NCBI GenBank assembly: GCA_002269645.1
Contig: NIVC01002229.1
Location: 1-64,000, forward strand
Direction of reading: 5' to 3'
DNA from: Macrostomum lignano
Lineage: Eukaryota
Length of the DNA: 64,000 bases
Below are positions 1-11,757 of the stretch, one piece after another (positions within the stretch are counted from its first letter, which is position 1; each line of letters begins with the position of its first letter). A program made the position numbers and the translations under genes. The notes under the pieces are model-generated. The model was not told the DNA's origin, did no database searches, and saw nothing but the letters and a program-made list of their open reading frames with translations.

Positions 1-49
1 GCTATTTTTTAATTTTTAATATACTCTTAGGAAAATTGCAACCAGAAAT

Positions 50-215
50 TTTTTGAAGGGGGGGGGCGATTCTGGAGGGTAAAGTCCCGGGAGGGGGGCG
101 GAGGGGTGGCTCTGTTTTTGGCGAAAATTCGCGTCCCCCTTTGATTTTTTGGTCTCCGCGCCTAGGGGGGGGGCGACCACCCCCCGCTCCCCAGCCCCCC
201 TGATTGCAACCATTC
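50..215. mobile_element. GC-rich terminus of a probable non-autonomous DNA transposon (G/C-run subterminal motifs); other end not in window
   Basis: Runs such as GGGGGGGGCG...GGGGGGGGCGACCACCCCCC...CCCCCCTGATTGCAACCATT in AT-rich context. Resembles hAT-MITE ends, but no partner TIR seen. Confidence 0.3.
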
Positions 216-972
216 TTTCCATATAAGAAATTCAGGTAACCAAATGATGCACGTACACCGTCATATGTAACCGCCATTTAGATTGTAACTAATTTAAGCC
301 AAAGTACAGAAATAAATAAATAAAATTCTAATAAATAAATACAGTTGATTATTTAAAAAACTTTACTAACCATAAAAATTTATGTTTACTTAATTTAACA
401 GTCTTCACATTCTTAAGCTTTAGTGTATGGATTGTTTGTTATATTGATAAACATATTAGTTACATTATTTAAATTCTTGATTTTCTATGAAAGTCATCAG
501 TGAACTCAGTCATTTTTAAAGTTTTAAAACCTATTTTTGGATGAGAGCTGTTTTTTTCTTTCTAGTATTATATTTAAGCTTGAGCAACATCTGTCTCTTG
601 ACTCATTTAACTTGCCGAGTGCAGTAATGTATATAATTCTGCAGTATTTAGGAGCTTGTCTTTTCATTTTTATTACTTTTTTCTTTGTTATCATCCCTAT
701 GTTGCCAAATGCATGGCAATACAGAACAAAGATGTCCGTTTACTACATGCTGCTCCTTATTTATGGATTTATCACAACCGTTCTTGCGCTGGCTACACCT
801 CGCCAATTAAGCAACTATAAGTATGTACACATTGCTCATATAAATGTTAATAAGCAAATCATAGAAATCAAGCAAGTTAGAATTATTTTTTCTGTTTTAT
901 GATTTTGATTGTTGCCTATTTGATGAAGAGCATAATTATAATCTTCTACTAATTTAAATGAATTCCATGAAT

Positions 973-1604
973 GGTGCGCGGTCATTTCGTCTGCCGCCTT
1001 TTCGTCTGCCGGCAGACGAAATGACTTTTTAAAATAAGTAGCAAAATAAGTTTTATAAATGGCTGAAATTAATTTATAGTTTATTTTTAATAAGTAGAAT
1101 TTACTAGTAATTTTTAGATTTAGAATTAGATGTATTTGTATTTTATTTTTGCTATCGCAATGTTTCCAAGAAATACAATTATTCGTATATAAGCTTTAAT
1201 TGAATCTACGTAGTGAGCTGTGAATGGGATTTATAATTTCTGCGCGTGTAACTTACTTATAATAAGTAAAATAATTCTAACTCGACTAATTGCTTTTGAG
1301 CTTTGAAGCTTTGAGACGGTTAAGAGATAGTATGGCGTCATGCCATATCATGACAAAATGCATTGAATTCATTCAATTGCGTAGTTTATTAAATATAAAC
1401 AAAAATATTCAGAAATTACTCGTTTAAGTCATTATTACTAAGAAATATATCTCAAATATCTCAAATCTCAAATTAATGACATCAACTGACATATTTACAC
1501 TTATTAAAACTTTATTATTCGTTGGTAGACGAAACGACTGTATTGTATTCTTGCAGACGAAAGGGTGGCAGACGAACTGGCGGCAGACGAAATGACCGTC
1601 AACC
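973..1604. mobile_element. MITE with inverted termini built from short repeats
   Basis: CGGTCATTTCGTCTGCCGCC (979-998) is the exact reverse complement of GGCGGCAGACGAAATGACCG (1579-1598). Repeated GCAGACGAA units at both ends; AT-rich non-coding interior; no clear TSD. Confidence 0.7.
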
Positions 1605-1635
1605 TTTTCGCTCTCAAACCATTTTAGCAATGGGC

Positions 1636-2110
1636 ATTTTGTCCCCAGACCATTTTGCCCATTATCTATTTTGCCCTTAAACCAGTTTGGCTACAGGCAT
1701 TTCAGCCAAAATGGTAATTAAATAATTTAGAGATACAACCATACATGTATCTTTATTTTCTTTTTTAATGCTATTTTTTAGTTTTAATGTGTAATAAAAT
1801 ATTATTTAAATGGTTACTACAACAATTGTATTATTGCAATTTTGTTTATTACAATTAATGATTATGAGTTTTTTTTAAAAAGTCATTCCTTTTGAAAGTG
1901 TGACAATTAAAGCCAATTTTAACAATCAAAAGGTGAGAAAAGGTTTCGGTTACATGCAAGGTAAAGCCAGAAATACTTAAAGAGTATGATTTGTCACCAA
2001 AATTTAGAATCAAAGTATAAAGTTTAAAATTGTAAAGTTTAGAAATGGTCCATGGCCAAAACAGTCTATGGGCAAAACAGTTCTGTGGGCAAAATGGTCT
2101 GGGGCAAAAT
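1636..2110. mobile_element. Second MITE with repeat-built inverted termini
   Basis: CCCCAGACCATTTTGCCCA (1643-1661) is the exact reverse complement of TGGGCAAAATGGTCTGGGG (2086-2104); further degenerate GGCAAAA units lie internally. Confidence 0.6.
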
Positions 2111-2329
2111 TTATAGGTTTATAGGTGAAACAACCAGTTACTATTCAATGACTCAGTTTTTATCAAAAAAATCTAAAATGAAACCCAACTTGTGATGATG
2201 GCCCTTTTATTATATTATCAATTTGTAATAACATAATAATAATTCTAATTACTCAATACTAATAGTATTTCTGTTTAACTACAATTTCCTTTACTTTTAT
2301 CATTGTTTAATAGATATGCATTTTATGCT

Positions 2330-2512
2330 TTAACATTTAATGCCATTTAATGTTTAACATTTAATGCCATTTAATGTTTAACATTTAATGCCATTTAATG
2401 TTTAACATTTAATGCCATTTAATGTTTAACATTTAATGCCATTTAATGTTTAACATTTAATGCCATTTAATGTTTAACATTTAATGCCATTTAATGTTTA
2501 ACATTTAATGCC
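2330..2512. repeat. 24-bp AT-rich minisatellite, about 7.5 copies
   Basis: Unit TTAACATTTAATGCCATTTAATGT repeated in tandem. Confidence 0.9.
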
Positions 2513-3099
2513 ACTGCCACAACAAATAGAAATCATAATATTTTCCTAGAATCCCAAGACCTATACAATATTAAGTCTTGCAAAATATCTAAAGCTAATG
2601 TTAGTATATCCAATGTTAAGCATGTCACTTGTTGTTAAGGATACTCAAAAAAGGTACTAATTATCACTTTTTTTTCAAATTATTATATTATTTAAAAAGA
2701 TCACTTTGTTCCCTTTATTTAACCTATGTAAATCTGATTAGTTTGAATAAAACAATATAAAAAATCTTTTTTGATAATAGAAAATTAAGCATAAAGTTAT
2801 AAAATATATCAAAGTATATTTTTGCTATCAAAGACTAAAGTTAGCTTATATAAAAAAGCTTTTTGGTTATTGATTGTAAGCTTATTGGAAGAATTAAGAA
2901 TTATATATAATTATATCAATGCATTAATTCATATAATAGCATCAAAGCTCTTAAACTGTGCTAATTGCACTAACTTCATATTCTTTTGTTATTGTTAAGA
3001 AAATTTAACTTATTAGTATAACATATCATTCAATGTTTAATGTTTAACTCAATAGATTTTATTGCCATTTTATAGCTATTAGATATATATTCTTTAAAT

Positions 3100-3621
3100 C
3101 AAGGGTTAGTAGACTTTTCAGTCCAGGCCAGCTTGGAAGACTGAGCTAAGGCAATGGGCTAGCAAAAATACATAAATTGTGGCTATAAATGACCATTTTA
3201 GATTATTAGACCAAATACAAGCTATAACCAACAACTTTACAGTTAAAACTATAGGAATGATGGTGTGAAAGCTAATTTTACTTATAAAGTTGAATGTTTC
3301 AACACAAAATTGATTTATGGGCTACTTTTACATTGTTAGTAAGAGTGTTGCAGGCCAGGCTTGAAGGTGTCATGGGCCAGATTTGGCCTGCAGGCTGGAG
3401 TTTGCCAACCCTTAATCTAAAGAATGACTGCAGGCTAGAAGAGAGAAAGAATAAAGAAGAGAGAAGAGAGGAGTAGAGAGAAGAGGAGAGATAAGAGAAG
3501 AGATATAAACATTGAGTGGGCTGGATTGCTATTGTGAACAAATTTTCAAAGGACATGAGGGTCAAATAGAGAGGCTTTATAGGCTGCATGTGGCCCATGG
3601 GCCAGAGTTTTTCAACCCTTG
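3100..3621. mobile_element. Decayed hAT-Charlie-like MITE(s)
   Basis: Left end CAAGGGTTAGTAGACTTTT. Two right-end-like motifs (GGGCCAGATTTGGCCTGCAGGCTGGAGTTTTGCCAACCCTT near 3375-3413; GGCTGCATGTGGCCCATGGGCCAGAGTTTTTCAACCCTTG ending 3621) resemble Charlie-type ends after CpG decay. No TSD. Confidence 0.45.
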
Positions 3622-3975
3622 CTCATGCTTATTTGAATGACTGGGTTGATACCAAAATTTATGTTATGATTTATCATTATTTTATATAAAGCTGTAAATA
3701 AATAAATAGATTAATCACTTCAAAACATTGTTTTGACTTAATATACGCATTATTATTAGTCATAAAAGTACAAGTAGCCTTCTCTAGATCCTTAAAATCA
3801 ATAAAGAAAGCAATAAGAATACCTTTAAGACTATGAGAAAATCAATTCTATACCTAATATCAGGTGTCATGACTACTTGGTTTCACCACAGGCCATTTTA
3901 CATAAAATTACAATAATCCTAAAGCCATAAGATTCCCATGAGTTCAATAATTCTTCCCTAATTGATACCTCACAG

Positions 3976-4387
3976 GTACCCCATGGCCACGCTGGCCTTC
4001 ACCCGCTGGCTGTATGGCCTTCGCTACCGGGTTAACAACCTGGCGAGGCTCCGGCAGCTGCAGGGCAGCTACGTGCTGGTCTCCAACCACCAGTCCAGCA
4101 TCGACCTCATGGGCGTGGGCCTGCTGTGGCCGTACCAGTGCACCATCGTTGCCAAGAAGTCGCTGATGTTCGCCGGCTGGTTCGGCCTGGCCGCCTGGCT
4201 CTGCGGCTGCGTCTTCGTCTCCAGGGGCCGCCAGTCCGCCCAGGCCGAGATGCGCCGCCTGGCCGCCCGCATGGCCCGGCAGGACGACACCGTGCGAGTG
4301 TGGATTTTCCCCGAGGGCACCCGCGTCTCCGGCGCCGACCTGGGCGACTTCAAGAAGGGCGCCTTCCATCTGGCTGTGCAGGCGCAG
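3976..4387 (+). CDS. AGPAT: 1-acyl-sn-glycerol-3-phosphate acyltransferase (LPAAT), internal exon; 5' part not found in window
   Basis: Motifs SNHQSSID (HxxxxD), VFVSR, IFPEGTR, FKKGAF. Acceptor CACAG ends at 3975; donor CAG|GTGCGG at 4388. Confidence 0.88.
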
Positions 4388-4419
4388 GTGCGGCACCGCG
4401 GGATTCGTTTAGGCCTTTG

Positions 4420-5230
4420 TGGATTAGTTTGAGTCATCGGAATTCATCTGGGTCATTGTGAACTTATCTGGGTCATCGTGGATTCATCTGGGTCATTGTG
4501 AACTCATCTGGGTCATCGTGGATTCATCTGGGTCATCGTGGATTCATCTGGGTCATCGTGGATTCATCTGGGTCATCGTGAATTTATCTGGATCATCGTG
4601 GATTCATCTGGGTCATCGTGGATTCATCTGGGTCATTTTGGATTCATCTGGGTTTTTTTGGATTCATCTGGGTCATCGTGGATTCATCTGGGTCATCGTG
4701 GATTCATCTGGGTCATCGTGGATTCATTCATCTGTGTTATTTTAGATGCTTCTGGGTCATCGTGGATCATGCTTGGGTGCAACCTAGGGATTCACCCGGC
4801 CGTTTCTATTGGCAACACACACACACGTAAGTCGCTATTGGACAGAATAGTAGTCACGTGACTGCTCTCAGCCAATAGCGACTTACATGTGTGTGTTGCC
4901 AATAGAAACGGCCGGGTGATTCCCAAGGTTGCGCATGTATGTCGTGGATTCACAACGGTCATCGTGAACTCATCTGGGTCATCGTGGATTCACTAGGGTC
5001 ATCGTGAACTCATCTGGGTCATCGTGGATTCACAACGGTCATCGTGAACTCATCTGGGTCATCGTGGATTCACAACGGTCATCGTGAACTCATCTGGGTC
5101 ATCGTAGATTCACTAGGGTCATCGTGAACTCATCTGGGTCATCGTGGATTCATCTGGGTCAACTTGAATTCCCCTGGGTAATCCTAGATGCTTCTGGGTC
5201 ATCGCGGATGCTTATGGGTCATCGTGAACT
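4420..5230. repeat. 20-bp intronic minisatellite, interrupted by a MITE
   Basis: Unit GTGGATTCATCTGGGTCATC and variants. Confidence 0.9.
4768..4941. mobile_element. Palindromic hAT-type MITE inserted in the minisatellite
   Basis: Right TIR GTTGCGCATGTATG (4928-4941) is identical to that of the MITE at 15830-16106; left TIR is decayed. 8-bp direct repeat TCGTGGAT on both sides. Interior is a near-perfect palindrome centred on AGTCACGTGACT (4852-4863). Confidence 0.75.
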
Positions 5231-5639
5231 CAAAATCCTATTTTCATTTTCTGAGGCCTGTATAAGACATTGGCACTGCATTGAGAAAGCAGTTAAAACA
5301 GGCATTGAACTGCAGGCCGTGCCGGCCCCACTAGCGATAAGAAATTTGCTTTTTTTTCAACTTTGCTCGCGCGCCAATATCACCCAGCACGTTATCTGCG
5401 AGTAGCTCGGGGGCGTTTGAGAGCAACTGTTCTCTGAGCTGCTGCTGGGGCTGGGCTGTGCGGCATGAGCCCTGCAGCTCGGGCCCTTACAACATGGAAT
5501 TAGACTTCCATGCAGCTATGAGGCTGCCTGACCTAAATTGTATGCCGCCGTGCTGCCTTTTGGACCTTGTGTTTTGTGCCCCTGTGACTGCGTCCTTAAG
5601 CGTGTCTTAATATAGTGCAGATTTTGGTTCACGTTGCTT

Positions 5640-6058
5640 AGGATTATCCTGCCGTCACTCTGGGATTTTCGTGATGTCACTCTGGGATTATCATGCCGCC
5701 ACTCTGAGATTATCCTGATGTCACTCTGGGATTATCATGCTGTCACTCTGGATTATCCTGCCGTCACTCTGGGATTATCCTGACGTCACACTCTGGGATT
5801 ATCATGCCGTCACTCTGGAATTATCATGCCGTCAGCCCGTCACTCTGGGATTATCCTGATGTCACTCTGGGATTATCATGTCACTCTGAGATTATCATGC
5901 CGCCACTCTGGGATTATCCTGCCGTCACTCTGGGATTATCCTGCCGTCACTCTGGGATTTTCATGATGTCACTCTGGGATTTTCATGATGTCACTCTGGG
6001 ATTAACATTATGTCACTCTGGGATTTTCATGATGTCACTGTGGGATAATCCCGCCGTC
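5640..6058. repeat. About 21-22-bp intronic minisatellite running up to the splice acceptor
   Basis: Unit similar to CACTCTGGGATTATCATGCCGT, with variants. Confidence 0.88.
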
Positions 6059-6078
6059 ATTCCCGCCCCCATCGCCAG

Positions 6079-6297
6079 GTGCCGGTGGTGCCCATCGTGT
6101 TCTCAAACTACTCTTCCTTCTACTCGAAGCGGTCGGGCCTGTTCCAGCAGGGCGAAGTGGAGGCCACAGTGCTGGAGCCGCTGCCCACCGCCGGCCTGAC
6201 CGAGGCGGACGTCGCCGACCTGACAAAGCGAGTTCGGGACGCCATGAGCGCTGAGTACAGCCGGCTGTCCGCTGCCAGCGACTGCAAGGCGGACTGA
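6079..6297 (+). CDS. AGPAT: AGPAT terminal exon
   Basis: Acceptor CGCCAG ends at 6078. In-frame VPVVPIVFSNY (LPAAT block IV) through to TGA. Confidence 0.88.
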   Translation: MPVVPIVFSNYSSFYSKRSGLFQQGEVEATVLEPLPTAGLTEADVADLTKRVRDAMSAEYSRLSAASDCKAD

Positions 6298-6361
6298 AGT
6301 CCACCTGGCTGCACGCCGAATTCGTAGAAGAGACGGCTGTCTTGCTGTTGCTCTAGCTGTG

Positions 6362-6588
6362 CGGTACATACTTGGGCAGGTAGATGTAGATCGGTGTGGG
6401 TAGGTAGGATCTAGCAGATAGATTGGTGTGGGACTGTGGGTGGGTAAGATCTAGCAGATAGATAGGTGTGGGTAGGTAGGAGCTAGCAGATAGATCGGTG
6501 TGGGAAGGTAGGATCTAGCAGATAGATCGGTGTGGGTAGGTAGGATCTAGCAGATAGATCGGTGTGGGTAGGTAGGATCTAGCAGATA
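6362..6588. repeat. 32-bp minisatellite downstream of the AGPAT stop
   Basis: Unit GTGGGTAGGTAGGATCTAGCAGATAGATCGGT, about 6-7 copies. Confidence 0.85.
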
Positions 6589-8737
6589 CTCAATCAGCAG
6601 GTTACAATAACTTTATTAATCTTGTGCAAGAGAAGCAGAATTTTGTGTCACTTATTAAAACTTGCCGACAGTTACATTACATCATGTACTAAGCGCTTAC
6701 TATGAGTAGTTGTCAGTTGCGAGCTTTACCTGTTAAATAAATTTCCTACAAGTTTTATTTTCAATTCTGTAAATTCCTATTCGGCATTAGCTATTCGTGT
6801 TTAGTCATCTTGCTGGCCCTCATCTCGCCTGTTACATTTTACTATTTAGTAGCCATCATTTTGAGTTCGATCCCATTGGATCTGCTATGCACATTCACTC
6901 GCCTGCATGTGCTTCCCGAGCTGCGCGTGCAATCCAAAGCCCCAGACGCAATTTCGCACATTTTAGCAAAGCGAATAAACTTTTTCTCATTATTTGAAGG
7001 GCCTCTTTCTGATTCACCCAAACTGGGAACTCGTCTTTGTTCTGCGCATTAAAATTCGGTCTTTGTTATTTGTTATGCATTATCGGGGCTACGCTATGAT
7101 GCAGCTGTTCCAGCATTCTGTTCGAGCGGGACAAGAAATACTCAACTAAGAAACAGAGAGCGGCTCCTTCATCACAGAGATGACCAGTACAAACCGCTGC
7201 GCCGTCAAGGCGAGCGGGCACAACACAAGCACATTAGTGGCGTATAACAATAGTAACAGTTATTATATTATTAATTAATAGTAATTATAAGCTTAGACGC
7301 AAATGCAGCTAGCATAACAAAAGTGCAGAGAAGGAACAGTGAGATGGCAGTCTGAAAATATAAAGCAATTATACAGGATCGGAGAAGCTTTGCACTATTG
7401 AATATTGATTAAATAAGCACCTCACCTCGGTCAGTAGTAACTGTAGGTAAGTCCCGCTAGCGCAGAGTTCGATAGGCAAAAAGAATGACAAAATCGCTAT
7501 CCAATAACGCAATAGATCTACTCTTAGTAGCGCACAGGTAAACTATTAGAATAATTTAATAAGTAGATAATTTTACAAAGCAAAACAGAAGCAGAGCTAT
7601 CCGAGGACTCAAAGCGCAACAATTAAGGAAAGTTAAATAAAAAATTAAACACTATATTATTAATTATTATTAAGACTAAGTATTAACTCCATACTTGACG
7701 CAAATATGGCAATGCAGGATTACTGATAGCTGCAGGACACGACTGTTGATTCACTCGCAGACAATTAACATTAATAACAAAAATCATAAATAGTAGGCAT
7801 CCGAGCATGCACACCAGACAGGCTCTGCACTCGCGGCTACGTATAAACAGGATTTGATAAAAAGAAGGAAAAACAACAGACAGGATCGCAGGAAAAGAAA
7901 CACAAAAACGCAAACCAAGCAATAAATCAGACTAACAGGCAGACAGCTGAGCTCGCGGCCACAGTGTGAGCAAAACCTCCTGACGGTGGAATCAACGCGC
8001 AGCATTTAAAAGAGAACAATGAACCCGGAGCAGCAATGACTGCAGTTATTATAGCAACAGGCAAGGGCAGTACAAAACAGACGCAAAGGAAACTAACACA
8101 GAACTCAATTATTAGGTTAAACGAGCTGCAAATTTGCAAAAACTGGGCGCGCACAATTAATGATGATTATGTAGACTCTGTCGCCAAGGCCAGTTGCATA
8201 CAGATATAAGAACTTCAACTGATGCTCAGCAGGCAGGCAGGCCTTTCGCTACCTGCTGTCGGCTCGGTCTTGGCCATAGACAGTGGAAAGCCAGATTTTG
8301 CCTTTAAGGAGAGGCCCATCGAGTGTTTTGGTATCTGTGGCCAAACCAAAGCAGAGAGAAACAAAACACAATAATCAATAGATAATACATGAATATGACG
8401 CTGGAGTATTAGTGAGGGAAAAGGACAGCTAAAGCCTAGTAGTGCAAGAGGGGAAGGGGCAGACGCGTAAAACAAGACGGGTGAATCGCTTTCTAGGAAA
8501 CGGCAAAATCAGTCAGGCAAAAAAAATCGACACAAAAAAACGGCAAAGAAAAAAGCGGCGAACCGGCTTGCGAAGCTGCGGCGGGCCGGCCTCCTCATTA
8601 CCTGAAATTTGAGGGGTCGAGTTGAACTTGGATCGTACTGAGCTACTCAGAGTTGTAGAAGGTGCTGACATTTTAACTTTAATTTAATTTTTAATTTAAA
8701 GATGTACGAATGTTGTCACAATTAATTATTATGAAAT

Positions 8738-9292
8738 TGAGGCCGAAGAAGCTGGAGTCTGATGTAAATTGAGGCCGATGAAGCTGGAGTCTGATGTAAA
8801 TTGAGGCCGATGAAGCTGGAGTCTGATGTAAATTGAGGCCGATGAAGCTGGAGTCTGATGTAAATTGAGGCCGATGAAGCTGGAGTCTGATGTAAATTGA
8901 GGCCGATGAAGCTGGAGTCTGATGTAAATTGAGGCCGATGAAGCTGGAGTCTGATGTAAATTGAGGCCGATGAAGCTGGAGTCTGATGTAAATTGAGGCC
9001 GATGAAGCTGGAGTCTGATGTAAATTGAGGCCGATGAAGCTGGAGTCTGATGTAAATTGAGGCCGATGAAGCTGGAGTCTGATGTAAATTGAGGCCGATG
9101 AAGCTGGAGTCTGATGTAAATTGAGGCCGATGAAGCTGGAGTCTGATGTAAATTGAGGCCGATGAAGCTGGAGTCTGATGTAAATTGAGGCCGATGAAGC
9201 TGGAGTCTGATGTAAATTGAGGCCGATGAAGCTGGAGTCTGATGTAAATTGAGGCCGATGAAGCTGGAGTCTGATGTAAATTGAGGCCGATA
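8738..9292. repeat. 32-bp homogeneous minisatellite, about 17 copies
   Basis: Unit AAATTGAGGCCGATGAAGCTGGAGTCTGATGT, essentially identical copies, downstream of the FUBP stop. Confidence 0.95.
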
Positions 9293-9457
9293 AGTCTTAC
9301 GTGTAAAGTGGGAAACTCATGAAATTTTGAGTTTCCTCTTCAAGCTATTAGATTTTGTGCACATGAAACGCACTTGAAACCGCACTGCTTCCTAGCGGAG
9401 CCCATACTGTTTCCTTCGCCAGCAAGCAGTGCCGGCTTCCAGCGCAAGCAAAATCCC

Positions 9458-10677
9458 TCACCGCCCACTGGGCGTAGCGTCCCACCAGTTCGCCTGCTGC
9501 CCGTCCTGGGAGCCGCCCCAGCCGCTGCTCGTTTGGCCGCCGCCGCCTTCACCTCCGCCACCGCCGCCGCTGTTCCACTGGCCGACGCTGCCGCCGCCCC
9601 AGCCGTTTGAGGAGCCGCCCCAGCCCTGGCCGCCACCAGCGGACTGCTCCCAGCCGCCGCCACCGCCGCCGCTGCTCCCGCCAGCGCCTCCGCCACCGCT
9701 GCCGCTTTGACTTGAAGAGCCCCAGGCCCAGGCCGCGTTCTGCTGCTGCGATTGTTGCTGCTGCTGTGGCTGCTGAGACTGGCCGTTCTGCCACGACTGC
9801 CACTGTTGCCATTGGTTGTCATTAGCAACGGCTCCGCCGGCTGGCTGCTGCTGTGGCTGCTGCTGAGACTGGCGCAGGATGGCATCGGCGTATTCGTTCA
9901 TGCCCTGGCGGCGGTAGTACTCGGCCCAGGCCAAGCTGTAGTCCAGCTGCCCTGTCTGGCTGTTGAACTGCGGCGCCGGCATCGTCGGATCAGCGGCGGC
10001 TGCGGCAGCGGCTGCGGCAGCCGCGGACGACGAAGACGAGGAGCCGCCGCCAGCTGTGATGGAGAAGTGCTGATCGTGCGGCAGGCCGGCCTTCTCGCAG
10101 ATGAGACGCACAGCTTCGCTGATCTGGCTGGCTGAGCCCTGGATGTCGAAGACCTTCAGGCCAGTCTCGCTGGCGCCGTGCTGGTCGCGCTGGATGGACA
10201 CGTAGGCGCCGGACACTCTGTTGATCTCCTTGACGGTGTCGCCGCCCTTGCCGATGACCAGGCCGGCCTTCTCCGCTGGCACAGCGTACGTCGCCGTCTT
10301 CTTCTCCATGCCGCGCGGCCTGTCGGTCACGGGGATCTCGCCGGTCATCACGGCGTTGATGAGGTGCTGCACCCGGCCGAAGGCCTGCTCCACCGCCTGC
10401 TCGCTGCCGCCCACCTGCAGCAGCCGCTCGGGCAGGTCGTGGTCCTGCGGGCCCTCCTGGCGGAACTGCACCCGGGCGCCCGTCTCTTGGCTGATCTTGC
10501 GCAGCATTTCGCCGCCCTTGCCGATCACCACGCCGACGCAGCGGCGGGGCACAGAGATCTCGCGGAACGAATCGCCATAGTTTCCGCTCCGATGGCCGGG
10601 CGGAAACTCCTTGGCGTCCTTTGAGTTGAGCAGCTCCAGCACCAGCTCCTTGGCGTACTGCAGCCGGTCAGATGGGC
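9458..10677 (-). CDS. FUBP: FUBP/KHSRP/Psi-family KH protein, terminal exon (KH3, KH4, Tyr-rich motif, Q/G/W-rich tail)
   Basis: VGVVIGKGGE and AGLVIGKGGD GxxG loops; DYSLAWAEYYRRQG motif typical of FUBP C-termini. Acceptor CAACAG, phase-compatible with donor at 11153. Confidence 0.88.
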
Positions 10678-10877
10678 CTGTTGGGTGACAGGTCAGGGCC
10701 GCGATGTTTTTGAAGAGATAAAGTTGGAGTTTCCTTCTTGACAGTGCACGTTGTACTATAAGTGCTCCCGAAACCACATCAGTAAATATTATTAATCTAT
10801 GTAATTTCGTACTCATTTCGTATTGGCTAAAGCTTCACTCTTCTTAGTAAAAGCTGATGAGACATTCCAACGATTGA

Positions 10878-11118
10878 TCAGGGCAGGCCGGATTCCCCAC
10901 AGCACCCGAGGTGCCAAACTGCTCAGGGCAGGCCGGATTCCCCACAGCACCCGAGGTGCCAAACTGCTCAGGGCAGGCCGGATTCCCCACAGCACCCGAG
11001 GTGCCAAACTGCTCAGGGCAGGCCGGATTCCCCACAGCACCCGAGGTGCCAAACTGCTCAGGGCAGGCCGGATTCCCCACAGCACCCGAGGTGCCAAACT
11101 GCTCAGGGCAGGCCGGAT
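10878..11118. repeat. 45-bp intronic minisatellite, about 5.4 copies
   Basis: Unit CAGGGCAGGCCGGATTCCCCACAGCACCCGAGGTGCCAAACTGCT. Confidence 0.95.
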
Positions 11119-11153
11119 TTAACTGGAAAAATGAAAAGCCGCTCATGCCTCAC

Positions 11154-11757
11154 CGGTGATCCTCAACGGCTTCTCCTGTAGCGTGGCGGTGCTGGAGTCC
11201 TGGATGAGGAACATCCTGACGCCGGCCTTCTCCTGCAGGCTCTTGATGGTCTCGCCGTTCTTGCCAATCAGCAGGCCGACCTTGGGCCCGGGCACGGCCA
11301 TCTCCAGGTAGTCCTGGCCCCTGGGCAGGTCGGACGGGTTGAAAGCGATGGTGTTCTTCTCGGCATTCTGGATCACGATGTCCATGAGCTGCTTGGCCAG
11401 CTCGATCTGCATGTGCGTCCCCGTGATGGTGACGGGCCGCTGAGCGCCCACACTCTCCGGGCTGATCTGGATCTTCGCCCCAGAGTCATCCTGAAGCCGG
11501 GAGATCGAGTCCCCGCCCTTGCCGATCATCAGGCCCACGTAGCGGTCGGGAATCGTGTGGTCCACCGTCTTGGTCATGGCGCCGTCCGCCGAGGACTTGC
11601 CACCGCCGCTGCTGCTGCTGCCGCTGCCGCCCCGGTCCTGGCGGGAAGTCCGGGTGCCATTGCCATTGTCATTCACCGTGCCATTGTTGGTGCTGCTGCT
11701 GTTGTTGTTGGAGGCCAGCGCCAGGCTGTCCTCCTCAATGGGGCCGCCAGCAGCGAG
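11154..11757 (-). CDS. FUBP: FUBP exon with KH1 and KH2; start unresolved (first in-frame ATG at 11577)
   Basis: VGLMIGKGGD and VGLLIGKNGE. Donor ACCG|GTGAGG at 11153. Candidate acceptor CTAAC...CCGCAG at 11758. Confidence 0.82.

Noticed and set aside
537-902. 121-aa hydrophobic ORF as an AGPAT upstream exon
   Set aside because: AT-rich, unlike the GC3-rich host exons, with no recognisable motif or supported splice join.
7071-7249. Possible short solo LTR (TGTTA...TAACA)
   Set aside because: No TSD, PBS or PPT, and no second copy in the window.
7300-8700. Possible retroelement leader region
   Set aside because: Strand-biased composition, but no ORF, termini or homologous copy to support a call.
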